Shown piece after piece: positions 30,080 through 41,089 of a stretch of DNA of 46,326 bases. Position numbers and translations under genes: made by a program. Within the stretch, counting starts at the first letter, position 1, and each line of letters starts with the position of its first letter. The notes beneath the pieces were generated by a model, which was given only the letters and a program-made list of their open reading frames with translations, did not search any database and had not been told where the DNA came from. Source of the stretch: Stramenopiles sp. TOSAG23-2 (lineage: Eukaryota); assembly GCA_900128395.1 (NCBI GenBank), contig LT649280.1, positions 1-46,326 of the forward strand. Direction: 5' to 3'.

Positions 30080-32542
30080 ATGATTTCTTTCATGCAAAAA
30101 ACATCCATGATACGGCGGAATCATCGTCATATTAATAATTTTTTAAAAAGTAATAATAATACTAATTATATTAATAATAATAATAATAATAAATTCAAAT
30201 GTAAGAACAAAACATATCAATTCTTCTCATCATCATCATCCCATATAGATTTGGATCACAGCGCTAAAATCCAATTAAAAGCATTACGACAAGCAATGCA
30301 AGGAAAAGGAAAATTCGAAGAGTTAGGAATTGGAGGACTAGACGATTTATTAAATAATATATTTCAACGTACTTTTGCATCTAGAATGTTGCCACCAGAT
30401 ACAATTGATAAATTAAACCTTTCTCATACAAAAGGAATGTTATTGTACGGTCCACCCGGAACGGGTAAAACTTTATGCGCTAGGCAAATAGGATTTTTAT
30501 TGGGTGCGCGTACACCAACACATATAAATGGCCCGGAAATATTTAGCTCTCCTGTAGGTGAAAGCGAAGAGGCAATTCGAAGTATATTTAAAGCAAGTGA
30601 AAGAGAGTGGAGAATGCAAGGTAATAAGTCTCCATTACATGTAATAATCTTTGATGAAATTGATGCTATATGTAAAAGACGTGATGCATCTATGGCTAGT
30701 GGGCGTTCACGCGTACATGACAATGTGGTGAACCAACTCTTGACTAAGATCGACGGGTTACAACGTCAAAACAATTTATTAGTGATCGGGGTAACCAATC
30801 GAAAGGATTTATTAGATGAAGCATTGCTTCGTCCGGGACGGCTTGAAGTTCATGTTGAAATAGGATTGCCAGATGAGAAAGGACGTGAACAAATTTTACA
30901 GATTTATACTCGTGATTTAGTGAAGGAAGATATGTTGGAAGATGATGTAAAATTAACTACGTTGGCAAAATTGACTGTTGGGTTTACAGGTGCTGAAATT
31001 GAAGGTTTAGTACGATCATCTGTAGCATATTCCCTTGCGGAGCAACAATCAAAGTTAACAGTAAATGCAAATACTATAGGCGATAATGATGAAAATGACA
31101 ACAATGAAACAAATGATGTAGATGAGTTTTTACAAAATCAATTAAAAGCAAAAGTTGGAATGAAGCATTTTAGAAAGGCAATTGAGGAAATTGAGCGGCC
31201 GGCAGCATTGGGGGGAGCACATGGTTCATTACCCATACCAAATTTTAAATTTGGAAAAACAAAACGAACATCGCTTGGGTATCAATTAGTTGAAAAAGAG
31301 TTGATACAAACTATTGAAATAGCAAAAGCAAATGCTAATTTGGGAAAGGATCCTAATAATAATGTTGATATGACTACTACTACTATTGATAATAATAATA
31401 ATAAAATGGATAGTAAGAATCAACAAAAAATACCTTCATCCATCTTGTTAACAGGGAAGGATAATGTTGGTAGAATGACTATGATTTCAGAAATTGCTGC
31501 AAATTCAAGCTTTGAATTTGTACGGGTAGTCAAACCACGTGCACTGGTTGGCATGTTGCCATCTCATGCACAAGAATATATTATAGGTGCATTTACTGAT
31601 GCACAGCGCGCACCATTTTCATTATTAGTATTAGAAGATTTAGATACATTAATAGATATGTGCGGAGAGGAACTGGAAACCATTTTATATTCCTTATTGA
31701 CATGTAAAACGGAAAACAATTGTGAATTAGTTGTAGTTGGTCTTTGTCCTGAAAATAAAATAGAACAACATATATCGCGTGGTTTTCAAAAACATTTACA
31801 AATGCCTGGTGTGGATCATAATGAAACCATTTCGTTCTTATTAAATTCAAATGTATGTGGTAATAGTTATGAAAATGCAGAAATAATGGCAATTACAGAA
31901 AATAATAGTAATAATGATGGTAGTTTTCTAGCATTAAACAACATGGTTGAAGGAATCCTTTTCGATGCGAAAAATAATGATATAACACAAGGAAGTGGTA
32001 AGGAAGATGGTGTGTTGGAAAGATTTAAACTGCCAACAAATATGACACCTGAACAACAAGAGATTTATGATGATATTGCTAGAACTAGAACTACAGGTGT
32101 TAAAGGTCCGTTTGGACCATGGCTTGCAAATCCTGCCCTTGCTCAACCTGCACAAACGCTTGGCCGTGTATGTAGATATGAAACATCGTTTTCACTTATG
32201 GAATCTGAATTAATAATTCTCATGACAGCAACTTATTTCAAATCATCAACGGAATGGGAAATTCATGTTCATGAAGCACGTCGTGCAGGTTTACGTGAAG
32301 ATATTATTGATGCAATTGCAAAGCAAGAAAAACCTGTCTTTAATGAAGACGAAAAAACTTTATCTGCGTTACATACGTTTGTCCGTGACTTATTAATTAA
32401 TTCAAAAGTTTCTAATCATTCATATAAACAATTAAAAGAAGCATATGATGGTGATGAGACACCAATAGTTGAAACTGTTGGTATTGTTGGTTATTATACT
32501 TTAGTAGCTTATACATTAAATACGTTTGAGATAGAGCCTTGA
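30080..32542 (+). CDS. NSF/Sec18-like AAA+ ATPase (no N-domain, degenerate D2) fused to C-terminal carboxymuconolactone decarboxylase/AhpD-like domain
   Basis: NSF D1 signatures GIGGLD...IF.R.FASR, GPPGTGKT, NGPEI, LHVIIFDEIDAICK.R, VHD.VVNQLL.KIDG and LLRPGRLEV. CMD-like tail MTPEQQEIYD...GPFGPWL.NP...ELIIL...EW..H...AGL...GIVGYY.LV...LN.F. Confidence 0.87.
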   Translation: MISFMQKTSMIRRNHRHINNFLKSNNNTNYINNNNNNKFKCKNKTYQFFSSSSSHIDLDHSAKIQLKALRQAMQGKGKFEELGIGGLDDLLNNIFQRTFASRMLPPDTIDKLNLSHTKGMLLYGPPGTGKTLCARQIGFLLGARTPTHINGPEIFSSPVGESEEAIRSIFKASEREWRMQGNKSPLHVIIFDEIDAICKRRDASMASGRSRVHDNVVNQLLTKIDGLQRQNNLLVIGVTNRKDLLDEALLRPGRLEVHVEIGLPDEKGREQILQIYTRDLVKEDMLEDDVKLTTLAKLTVGFTGAEIEGLVRSSVAYSLAEQQSKLTVNANTIGDNDENDNNETNDVDEFLQNQLKAKVGMKHFRKAIEEIERPAALGGAHGSLPIPNFKFGKTKRTSLGYQLVEKELIQTIEIAKANANLGKDPNNNVDMTTTTIDNNNNKMDSKNQQKIPSSILLTGKDNVGRMTMISEIAANSSFEFVRVVKPRALVGMLPSHAQEYIIGAFTDAQRAPFSLLVLEDLDTLIDMCGEELETILYSLLTCKTENNCELVVVGLCPENKIEQHISRGFQKHLQMPGVDHNETISFLLNSNVCGNSYENAEIMAITENNSNNDGSFLALNNMVEGILFDAKNNDITQGSGKEDGVLERFKLPTNMTPEQQEIYDDIARTRTTGVKGPFGPWLANPALAQPAQTLGRVCRYETSFSLMESELIILMTATYFKSSTEWEIHVHEARRAGLREDIIDAIAKQEKPVFNEDEKTLSALHTFVRDLLINSKVSNHSYKQLKEAYDGDETPIVETVGIVGYYTLVAYTLNTFEIEP

Positions 32543-33130
32543 GAGAGAGAGAGATGAGAGAGAGTACGAGTGATATTTTTTTTGTTTTTTTTTTTTATAA
32601 AATGTATATGACAGCGTAAAAGATCGAAGGGGCAGGTTTCATATGAGTAGCTAGCTACCCGTCCTGTCCGTACACGGCACGGTCTCAAATTGGGCTACTA
32701 TATGTAAATAGAGCACTGGAAAATGGACTAAAATTAAAAACCGGTTTTAAAATAAAATAACACTGTTTACTATAGACTAAATTTACTAGAAAAATCTCCA
32801 AAAATAGCTATCGAATAAGGTTTTTTTATAATGGCATTACCATACAGACTTCGCAAACTTTAATAAAGGTCTAACTAATATAATATTACAGGTAGTTTTG
32901 TACTACCAAGTAAAAAAAAAATTCAAAAATTATATTATCAAAATAGCAACAATACGTTAAAAAAAATGTATTTTTAAAAGAATAACTATAATTAATAATA
33001 ATAATGAGGTTGTCAGGTATACGTCATCGATAGTGAAAGTACCATATAATATCAATAATAACAATTTGTATTATTCGTTTTTTTTTCTTTGTAAATACGG
33101 AGGAGCAATAAAGAAATTCAAATACAAAAC

Positions 33131-33436
33131 ATGGCGGATCAAAAAGAAGATGATGAATTGGGAAAATTTAAAATTATATTCAATGAAATGGAACCGGATA
33201 TGAATGAGTTTATGATGGAAACGGTTAGTGGAGCAATGAGGTTGCATTTAAAAGGTGAATTAAAAAGTTATAACGACGTTGCAGGTCAAGTGAAAAAACA
33301 ATTTCAAGAAAAATATAATGGCGCGTGGCATGTAATAGTAGGTGCACAGTTTGGATCCTTTGTTACGCATGAAACAACTACCATAGCGTATGTCAATTTA
33401 CTCAAAACGTATTTTTTAATCTTTAAACATGGTTAA
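33131..33436 (+). CDS. Dynein light chain type 1 (LC8-family) protein
   Basis: 101 aa. VAGQVKKQFQEKYNGAWHVIVGAQFGSFVTHE...FLIFKHG. Confidence 0.9.
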   Translation: MADQKEDDELGKFKIIFNEMEPDMNEFMMETVSGAMRLHLKGELKSYNDVAGQVKKQFQEKYNGAWHVIVGAQFGSFVTHETTTIAYVNLLKTYFLIFKHG

Positions 33437-33714
33437 GTATAGTTTTAGAGAGAGTCAGAAAATTAAATTATATATAAGAGGATAAAAAAAAAGTGGAACT
33501 CCAGCAAACAAAAAGAGTGCACGGAACGAACGAAAAGAAATATGTGATGTGTATATATATCATGCACAAATGATATAGATAGATTGTTAATAAAAATACT
33601 TTTTTTATTTACACAAAAATAGTTGTCGATTTCTCTCTCTGTGTCTCTCTCTCGTCTTTCTCGTACATATCATATGATCTCATTAATATTTTAATTTTTC
33701 GTTTTCGTTTTCTA

Positions 33715-35403
33715 TTAACGCAAACCAACTTCTTTTTCTATTAACGCTAAACCAACTTCTTCATCATCATCATCTGATACTTTATTTCGATTTCGTTCAT
33801 TGACTAACCATTGTTCTCGTTTACCATTTTCTATTGCATATATACGTTTTTTACTCCAATATTTCCAAACAAAACCAACAATAGCACATATTAAAACGGT
33901 TGGATAAAATCCATCAAATAAAATTGTCGTTTTTTTACTTCCATCATCTAATATTTCATTTGATTTCGTAGTAAATGAATCTACAAGGAAATATACCAGT
34001 GTTGTTGGCCATTTAAATGCTAAATTCGCTACTGTATTTAACAATGTCATGTATGTACCACCTAATCTTGGATCACTAATTTTCGCAAAAAGTCCAACTT
34101 GTCCTAAAAACATAGCAGTGGCTATGATTGAGATAGCAATATATAATACAATGATTGCAATATAATACCATAATGGTAATGGTAACTTTGCATCTGGATT
34201 TGGTGTTGGTGTATTGTAAATCAAACCTGCAAATAAAACATAAAGTATGATACGTGGTACATATAATTCAGTAAATAATGCAAATGGTTTTTTTCCAGCA
34301 GTTCGTTTTGCGATCACACCTGGTAAAAAAATACTAATCAATCCGATAATTGTTCCAATCGTAGCCATATGCTCTTTTGGCATACCTTTTGATTGGAGTT
34401 TTAAACCAGCAATTGCATCACCTGGTGCAAATGCAACTTTACTTAGAAATATGACAAAGCATAAGCTTTGTACTGCTGGTAAGCGAAATATATTCCACAT
34501 TTCAACATATGCCTCTTTAACACTTGGTATTGATGGTGCTGGTTTTTCAACTTTGAACATCGCAATTAAAATCGTTGTTATTATAAATAAAAATCCCCAT
34601 GCACGCATATTCCAACCAATCGTTGCCACTTTGTATGAATTTAACACTAAAAATCCAACAAAAGACAACATGTTTCCCAATGTTTGTCCAGCTGCATTAC
34701 ATGTTGCTGCATATCCAACATTTTCTTTTTTTAACATGGTTAATGCCCATCCATCCACTGCAATATCTTGCGTAGCGCATAGAAAGAACAAGGTGAAAAA
34801 AATACCAGTTAAAAATGTGATATCAAAATCATCTCCTGTTTGATTTGGATCCATTAACGTATCAACAGAAGCACTGCTTGCAATCATGACAATGCCAATA
34901 AGCAATTGAGTAGGCACTAACCATGTTTTACGTTGTCCCCATGAATGCATAAATAAAGCATCTACTATTGGTGCCCATAATAATTTTAACGAAAATGGCC
35001 AACTAGCAAAACTAAATTTACCTTGTACAGACATAGATACTTTACGTTCTTCCAATAACATTGGTATAGCGGCAGAGATACCCATTGGTACACCTTGCAA
35101 TGTATATAGTAATAATAATAAACATATATTCATGTAATCGCCTTTTAATGACGATGAAGCAGTCTTCGATGCCTTTGTCATGGCCTTGTTCTTCATTTTC
35201 TTCTTTGTTTTTGAAGGGGAAGAAGAAGAAGACGTAGTAGAATTTTTTTTCCGTGTTGATTTTTTCGTAGATGATGAGCGTTTTTTAAGTGCTGGTGATT
35301 TTTTTTTACTAGAAGTATTTTTTTTATTCGTTGGCGTTGAAGAAGATTGCTTATTCTTGTTTGTTCGTTTCTTGCTTGATCCTCTTATTCTCCTTGTTGA
35401 CAT
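33715..35403 (-). CDS. SLC33A1: Acetyl-CoA transporter 1 (AT-1), MFS
   Basis: LLLLYTLQGVPMG, WPFSLKLLWAPIVD, RKTWLVPTQ, ATQDIAVDGWALTML..ENVGYAATCN..GQT.G and AKISDP.LGGTYMTLLNTV.N. Confidence 0.95.
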   Translation of the reverse strand: MSTRRIRGSSKKRTNKNKQSSSTPTNKKNTSSKKKSPALKKRSSSTKKSTRKKNSTTSSSSSPSKTKKKMKNKAMTKASKTASSSLKGDYMNICLLLLLYTLQGVPMGISAAIPMLLEERKVSMSVQGKFSFASWPFSLKLLWAPIVDALFMHSWGQRKTWLVPTQLLIGIVMIASSASVDTLMDPNQTGDDFDITFLTGIFFTLFFLCATQDIAVDGWALTMLKKENVGYAATCNAAGQTLGNMLSFVGFLVLNSYKVATIGWNMRAWGFLFIITTILIAMFKVEKPAPSIPSVKEAYVEMWNIFRLPAVQSLCFVIFLSKVAFAPGDAIAGLKLQSKGMPKEHMATIGTIIGLISIFLPGVIAKRTAGKKPFALFTELYVPRIILYVLFAGLIYNTPTPNPDAKLPLPLWYYIAIIVLYIAISIIATAMFLGQVGLFAKISDPRLGGTYMTLLNTVANLAFKWPTTLVYFLVDSFTTKSNEILDDGSKKTTILFDGFYPTVLICAIVGFVWKYWSKKRIYAIENGKREQWLVNERNRNKVSDDDDEEVGLALIEKEVGLR

Positions 35404-36542
35404 GTTTTTTTTTTCTATTTATGTTTTTCTATCTTGTTTGTATTTTAATATACGTATATTCTTGGAATTATATAACTATAACTGTAAGAACAAAAAGAAT
35501 TAAAAAAATATAGACAATTAATTTAAAAAATCAATATTATTATCACAATTATTTTCGTATCTTGATATTAATATCTTGATGCCGTATTAAACAAAAAAAA
35601 ACACAAAATGTAGAAATGGGTGTGTATTATTACTAGATATATATGTTATATTTCTTGCAATTATTTGAAAAAAAAACAAAGGCAACAATGTAAATACATT
35701 CTTCCTGATTATCTTGTATTTTTTATTAAATAATGCCACGTGTGTGGTGGTGTTTTTATTGTCTTTTTTCATGATTTTTTGCAGAGTATTTCCAGGATTG
35801 TTGGTTTGCGCGCCGGGGTGGGGAGGGATGGTCAGTAGTATGCACGTATAATATATTATTACAACACTGTAATAGGGAATAAATATGCCAGCATTTATCA
35901 ATAAAGCAATTATAGTGTGAGGCGCTACCAAGTACAAATTTCCTTCCTTGAACCTTTGTGAGGTATAGAGTATAACTTTAACTTACATCAAAGCAACCAA
36001 AGTTATAAAGGTGCCAACCAGCCAAAGAATTACGAATAAATAATACAACTTGTTTTTACTAAGAATGAATAAAAATACGCAACTAGGTAAAAGTATATAT
36101 CTAAATTAAAATACAAACATAAGTTTATTGCTAAAACGAAAATGGCGAGTTTAGCAAGGTTGATTGGGTTAGGATTAACCAACAAAATGAAGGAGGGTGC
36201 GAACTTTACAGGAAATATTGATATATTTGGTAAATGTTTAAACGCCGATGCGTGTAAGATCTCGTAGGAGTTTTAAAACGTTTTCCTTTTCCTTTATTTA
36301 CAGTTTTATAACATGTTCTTTGTATTTTGTTTCAATATTAAACTTCCGCTTTTACAACCGCATCATATTAAATTTTTTTATATTTACTTGTTGGAAAACT
36401 TTGTATAAATTTGCTATAAAATTGATTCTTTTGTTCCTGTGTTAATCCATTTGGAGACTTTGGGATATTATCTCTTACTCTATTATAATCATAATAAATT
36501 TGACCATCTTTAGTACCCGTGGTACTATAAACAGTTATACCG

Positions 36543-37136
36543 TTATACCTGCATGGCAAAAAAAGATATTAACAGAGTGAAGAATAATGATGCAGCAGTT
36601 GATGACACTGCCGCTTTACCACTATCCAAGGCGGCAGGCGATGGTGCACCATCGCCTGCTGCCTTGCAATCCCAAGTGCCGTTCTTGTAAGCCACGAGCT
36701 TTTCTGCGTCGGTTAACGAGTCAGACATCAACGAGCAAGGGCGTGGTTCCTCCATAGTAGCACAAGTTAACCAGTAATACGATTGCGAGCCACTATTGGG
36801 AGCAGTACACCACGTCATCTTCGACTGTGCCTCGGTGAGTCCTAGACAACAGCATTTGGGTGATGTTATACCATTGTCATTGTCCGTTGTGAGCTCCGCT
36901 GCACTTACATCAGGGTACTTTTCCTTGCACGCGTCCTTGCATCCGTCCATAGTGGCAGGTAGAAACGTCCATTTGGCCTTACCGCCATTAGTAGTACTAT
37001 TGCAATCTTCATATAATGTGTCAGCTAAATGAGCTTCGACGGGCACAGGCCAGCTTTCAGTTACCCCCAGGCCCGGCATCGCTGCTGATGTCGCATGTAT
37101 GCATACTATTAAAATTGTTAAAGCAAATATTTTCAT
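36543..37136 (-). CDS. Small Cys-rich secreted, probably GPI-anchored surface protein
   Basis: ATG 37136, signal peptide MKIFALTILIVCIHATSA, 10 Cys in the mature part, and a small-residue spacer plus hydrophobic C-tail (DSGKAAVSSTAASLFFTLLISFFAMQV). GC content is visibly higher than flanking genes. Confidence 0.75.
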   Translation of the reverse strand: MKIFALTILIVCIHATSAAMPGLGVTESWPVPVEAHLADTLYEDCNSTTNGGKAKWTFLPATMDGCKDACKEKYPDVSAAELTTDNDNGITSPKCCCLGLTEAQSKMTWCTAPNSGSQSYYWLTCATMEEPRPCSLMSDSLTDAEKLVAYKNGTWDCKAAGDGAPSPAALDSGKAAVSSTAASLFFTLLISFFAMQV

Positions 37137-37175
37137 GGTCAGCTTTTGCACTTTTATTTATAATACTAATCAAAC

Positions 37176-37229
37176 TTAGTCTAGGTCTAAAGTCTAGGAC
37201 CTAGATTAGTCTAGGTCCGCCTAGACTTT
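37176..37229. promoter_or_regulatory. CTAG-rich palindromic hairpin upstream of the GPI-protein gene
   Basis: aaagtctagg 37189-37198 pairs with cctagacttt 37220-37229. Inner ggacctaga-ttag-tctaggtcc. agtctagg occurs three times. A regulatory role is inferred from position only. Confidence 0.45.
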
Positions 37230-37491
37230 TCATTAAATCAAACTCATCATAATATATTTTTTTTTTCATCCTGCATGCCCAACATGCTGCATGCACTCCT
37301 CAGCAGCCAAGTTACAATTTTCCAAATCCGAAAATAACACCCCTTGTGTCTATGCTATTGGTTTTACGCGTACTACTATGCTAGAATAATCGTTAATTCT
37401 TTTAAAAAAATATATTAAGTATATATATGTGTATACTAATAGTGCTAACAAACAGTAATATTTTAATACGACACGCATACACAGTTATATA

Positions 37492-38583
37492 TTACACATA
37501 CCTCGCGTTCATTCGAGCAAGTATCGCTGCGATTTTTTTAGCTCTTTTTGGATCGGAATCATTTTTAATATTTTCATTTCGTACCTCCCGCCCATATAAT
37601 CCATCATTGCCTCTAATACATTCACTGTTTTCATAATATCTATCAGGGTGGTTTCTATCATATTCTTCAGAACAATCTAATGGTGTATTTCCATTAAAAT
37701 CAATTGCATTGATGATATCCAAAGTCGTGGATGGGTGGTTTAATAGTTGCTTCAAAACTTTTACATTACTAAAATACGCAGCGATATGCAAAACATTTTG
37801 TCCAATTCGGTTATCCGAATTCTCTTCATCACCCCATGATTCACTTTCACTGGTAGAGGATACTACAGGACTTAAGCTGGCACCATTGTTTAATAAATAT
37901 CCCATTATATCAAATTCCCAATCATCATCATGACGGACAATAGCATGCATTAACGGTGTTATTCCATCTGAACAACTTATATTTACATCCGCACCATTTT
38001 CGCATAGAAATTTTACTATTGGCATAATACAATCCCAACGAATACAATTACTAATAGCAAGTGTTAACGGTGTAAATTCAGATCGTGTCGACCCGGACAT
38101 CATGTCTTTCAAGTATACACCACCGCCAATATTTCTATCATTAATCATTTCACTTAGACTGATACCATTTAAGTCTTTATCAAGGTGATGGTGATTGACA
38201 TAAAATTTTATCGCTTCAATATCACCATTTACAATTGCAGCCATAAATGGTTTTCGAATTTGAGGGAATTGCTTTTTGTAAAATGCTTTTATGCTCAACA
38301 TTTCCTCTTCATTGGTCCGCTTCGGTTGTGACAGTTGTGTCGTTTGATTTGATTGTTTTCCAATCGTAACTTTTGGCGAAGCATTACTTTTTGAATTATT
38401 ATCACTTGAACCTTCATTGTTATTATCATTAACATCCTCTATTAATGTACCATCATCAGGTGGTAACTTAGCTGCTGCTGCTTTTAATTTTTCTGCTTCC
38501 TCATTGTATTTTTGAATATCAATTTCTTCTTGTGGGGGTAGCACTTTTCGCTTTTTTGTTGGTGATGGGTCTTGTTTCAACAT
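37492..38583 (-). CDS. Ankyrin-repeat protein with SV40-type NLS
   Basis: FTPLTLAI...IVKFLCENGADVN, GITPLMHAI...YLLNNGA, GQNVLHIAA and GNTPLD. N-terminal PTKKRKV. Confidence 0.88.
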   Translation of the reverse strand: MLKQDPSPTKKRKVLPPQEEIDIQKYNEEAEKLKAAAAKLPPDDGTLIEDVNDNNNEGSSDNNSKSNASPKVTIGKQSNQTTQLSQPKRTNEEEMLSIKAFYKKQFPQIRKPFMAAIVNGDIEAIKFYVNHHHLDKDLNGISLSEMINDRNIGGGVYLKDMMSGSTRSEFTPLTLAISNCIRWDCIMPIVKFLCENGADVNISCSDGITPLMHAIVRHDDDWEFDIMGYLLNNGASLSPVVSSTSESESWGDEENSDNRIGQNVLHIAAYFSNVKVLKQLLNHPSTTLDIINAIDFNGNTPLDCSEEYDRNHPDRYYENSECIRGNDGLYGREVRNENIKNDSDPKRAKKIAAILARMNARYV

Positions 38584-38727
38584 TATTGGTGTCGTTTATT
38601 GTATTGCAATTGATGCTATTTTTATTCATAATGTATTTTCTATCTTTCTTATTTATATATATACTATAGTATATATATAATATATCTTTAATTTATGAAA
38701 AATGCAAAAGTGTTGGTCGTATTTTTA

Positions 38728-38909
38728 AATCTCAGCTTACTCTATCAAATGACACATAATTTATACTTGAAAGGGAAATTAGAATAGAATACCACATTAC
38801 ACTCATCTTATGGCCTTAATCTCAGCTTACTCTATCAAATGACACATAATTTATACTTGAAAGGGAAATTAGAATAGAATACCACATTACACTCATCTTA
38901 TGGCCTTAA
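38728..38909. repeat. Exact 90-bp tandem duplication
   Basis: ctcagcttactctatc... starts at 38731 and 38821. Confidence 0.92.
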
Positions 38910-39202
38910 ATAAAAACAAAAAATAAAAATCATCCAAAAAAAAAATCAAACAACAAAATTGAAACAAAATTTTTATTTTCAATAAGAAGTTGCGGTAGAG
39001 GCCAAGGAAAGGAGAGAAGATTCTGATGTGCCGTGTGTGGGAGTGTGAAATTGCTTTTTAGTGTGTGTTGTCTTTCTCATTGTTTAGTGTGTCTTTGTGC
39101 CTGTGTAGTATCGATCATTTAGTGTGGTGGATCGCATTGTTCAGTGTACGCGCATGTGTATATATACACAATAGAAGGAAAATAATTATATAATTAACAA
39201 AA

Positions 39203-39679
39203 ATGTTGTATTTTATTTACATTGGTTGTACTATATTTTTTTTTATTTGTCTAGATGATGGTATGCAAACGTATTTAAAAGCGCGTATTGATCAAGCACG
39301 TGCTGCTTCTGCTTGGAAGTTAAATGCATATGCGCATATAAATTTATGTTTATGGATGTTAACATTTGGTGAAGGTGATTTAAGTTTTGTCGGCCCTTTC
39401 ACAAATAAGGATCAACAAACGGTGAATTTACTTGCAATACCACTTACATTTCTTTATTATTTTTGGTCAAGATATGCTATGGCAGAAGATGCAGGAAGAT
39501 TACGTTTTATTGTTCCTGTGCTATTTTACATCATTGGATGGTTCACAGTATGGCCTAAATTTTTTACAATCGATCAATATGAATGGCCATCAATAGTTAC
39601 TGCTACATGGATATTTATCTTTTGGAGTGAAACAAGTGCATTTTATTATGGAATGAAATGTCTTTTAGGATCAGATTGA
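39203..39679 (+). CDS. Hypothetical multi-pass membrane protein (5' end uncertain, possibly a terminal exon)
   Basis: About four hydrophobic segments with Trp/Tyr/Phe. A T-rich tract + CTAG ending at 39254 resembles a splice acceptor. Confidence 0.55.
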   Translation: MLYFIYIGCTIFFFICLDDGMQTYLKARIDQARAASAWKLNAYAHINLCLWMLTFGEGDLSFVGPFTNKDQQTVNLLAIPLTFLYYFWSRYAMAEDAGRLRFIVPVLFYIIGWFTVWPKFFTIDQYEWPSIVTATWIFIFWSETSAFYYGMKCLLGSD

Positions 39680-39846
39680 GGATCGACAAAGAAGTGTATC
39701 ATATTTTGGACCATTTGTATCATATCATAGTATTGGTATATTATATTATTATGGAATGAAATGTCTTTTAGGATCAGATTGAGGATCGACAAAGAAGTGT
39801 ATCATATTTTGGACCATTTGTATCATAGTATTGGTATATTATATTG
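39644..39846. repeat. 103-bp tandem duplication including the stop codon of the 39203 gene
   Basis: atggaatgaaatgtc at 39648 and 39751; the second copy lacks one tcata unit. Confidence 0.9.
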
Positions 39847-39956
39847 TTGATATATACTTCAATGTTTCGTACGAAGTACGAACAAAATATATATAACACC
39901 TCTTTTTTTTAATTTCACCTTCTCAAACACGCATATGTGTTGTGTATAGAATTAAA

Positions 39957-40162
39957 TTACTGCCCTGGTCTCCATACATGTGCTGAACTACCACCATTAT
40001 CTGTTGGATTACCTTCCTCCGCTTCTTCCTCCGCTTCTACTTCCTGTTGAGCTTCATGCTTACTGCCCTGGTCTCCATACATGTGCTGAACTACCACCAT
40101 TATCTGTTGGATTACCTTCCTCCTCTTCTTCCTCCGCTTCTACTTCCTGTTGAGCTTCATGC
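39957..40162. repeat. 103-bp tandem duplication of the 3' end of the 40060-41148 gene
   Basis: ttactgccctggtctcc at 39957 and 40060; one mismatch (cctccgctt vs cctcctctt). Confidence 0.9.
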
Positions 40163-41058
40163 CATGCTTTGACAATATCCAATGCCTCGTTTGCAACTGA
40201 TACCATAGCATCACCGTCGTTTTCAAACCATTCTGATGGTGCAATAATTTCATCTAAAATATGCAATTTCACAGAATAACCAATTAATCCATCTTCATTC
40301 GTTTCTTGCTCAAACTTTGGTTCTTCCCATCCTTTTCGCTCACTAAGAGCTCTTAAAAAGTAAATAGCCCCACTTTGCTCATGTACTGGTAATTTTTTCC
40401 TTTCTTCATCGTATAAATCTTCCTCTGCATGATTTTTTGGTCGAATCCACATCATTGCATCCATTTTCTTTTTCTCTTCTTCCTCTTGTTTTTGCCTTTG
40501 AAGCAATTGATCGTCTAATAATTTCTTTGCTTCCGCTTTTGCATCACGGCCATACGCAGCATTGATGGTATCCCAACGTTTGCGCATACGAGCAGGATCT
40601 TTTTTTGCATCAAGGACATACATTCCATCAAAAAAGTTTTGCCTATATTCTGGTACTTCATTATCATAAATAGTCCATTTTCCTGGGGTCATAGATGGTT
40701 GAACATTTAATTTAAATTGCTTGAGCACTGAATTAAAGGCTTGCAATGTGCGTTTTGAAACGTCTCCGCCAGAATGTAAAATAATCTTTCCTTGGAAATT
40801 GATCTGAACCATGTCAATTCCATCTAATTGCAAAGCTACAAAATCTCCACGCCATTGTGGTTTAAAGTGAAAACGTTCTCTTCCACCACTACCACCTTTT
40901 TTATCCCTACGATTATATTTTTGTTTTTTATTATTACTACTATTGTCATAATTATCGCGTGATCTTTTTTTCTTATTATTATTATTTCGACTGTTATTAT
41001 TACGATTATTATTGTTGTTGTGAAAACTATTTTTTTTATTTTTATTGTTACCACGATT

Positions 41059-41089
<31 letters not shown>

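Noticed and set aside
34247-35503. 198-aa and 107-aa antisense ORFs over SLC33A1, and similar antisense ORFs over the RCC1, NSF-like and TTL genes
   Set aside because: No motifs; expected antisense openness opposite well-supported genes.
35587-36559. 116-aa, 63-aa and 65-aa ORFs, a 41-codon ORF at 36142-36267, and coding-like fragments on the minus strand
   Set aside because: Non-ATG starts or very short length and no recognisable family. A decayed gene is possible but not supportable by eye.
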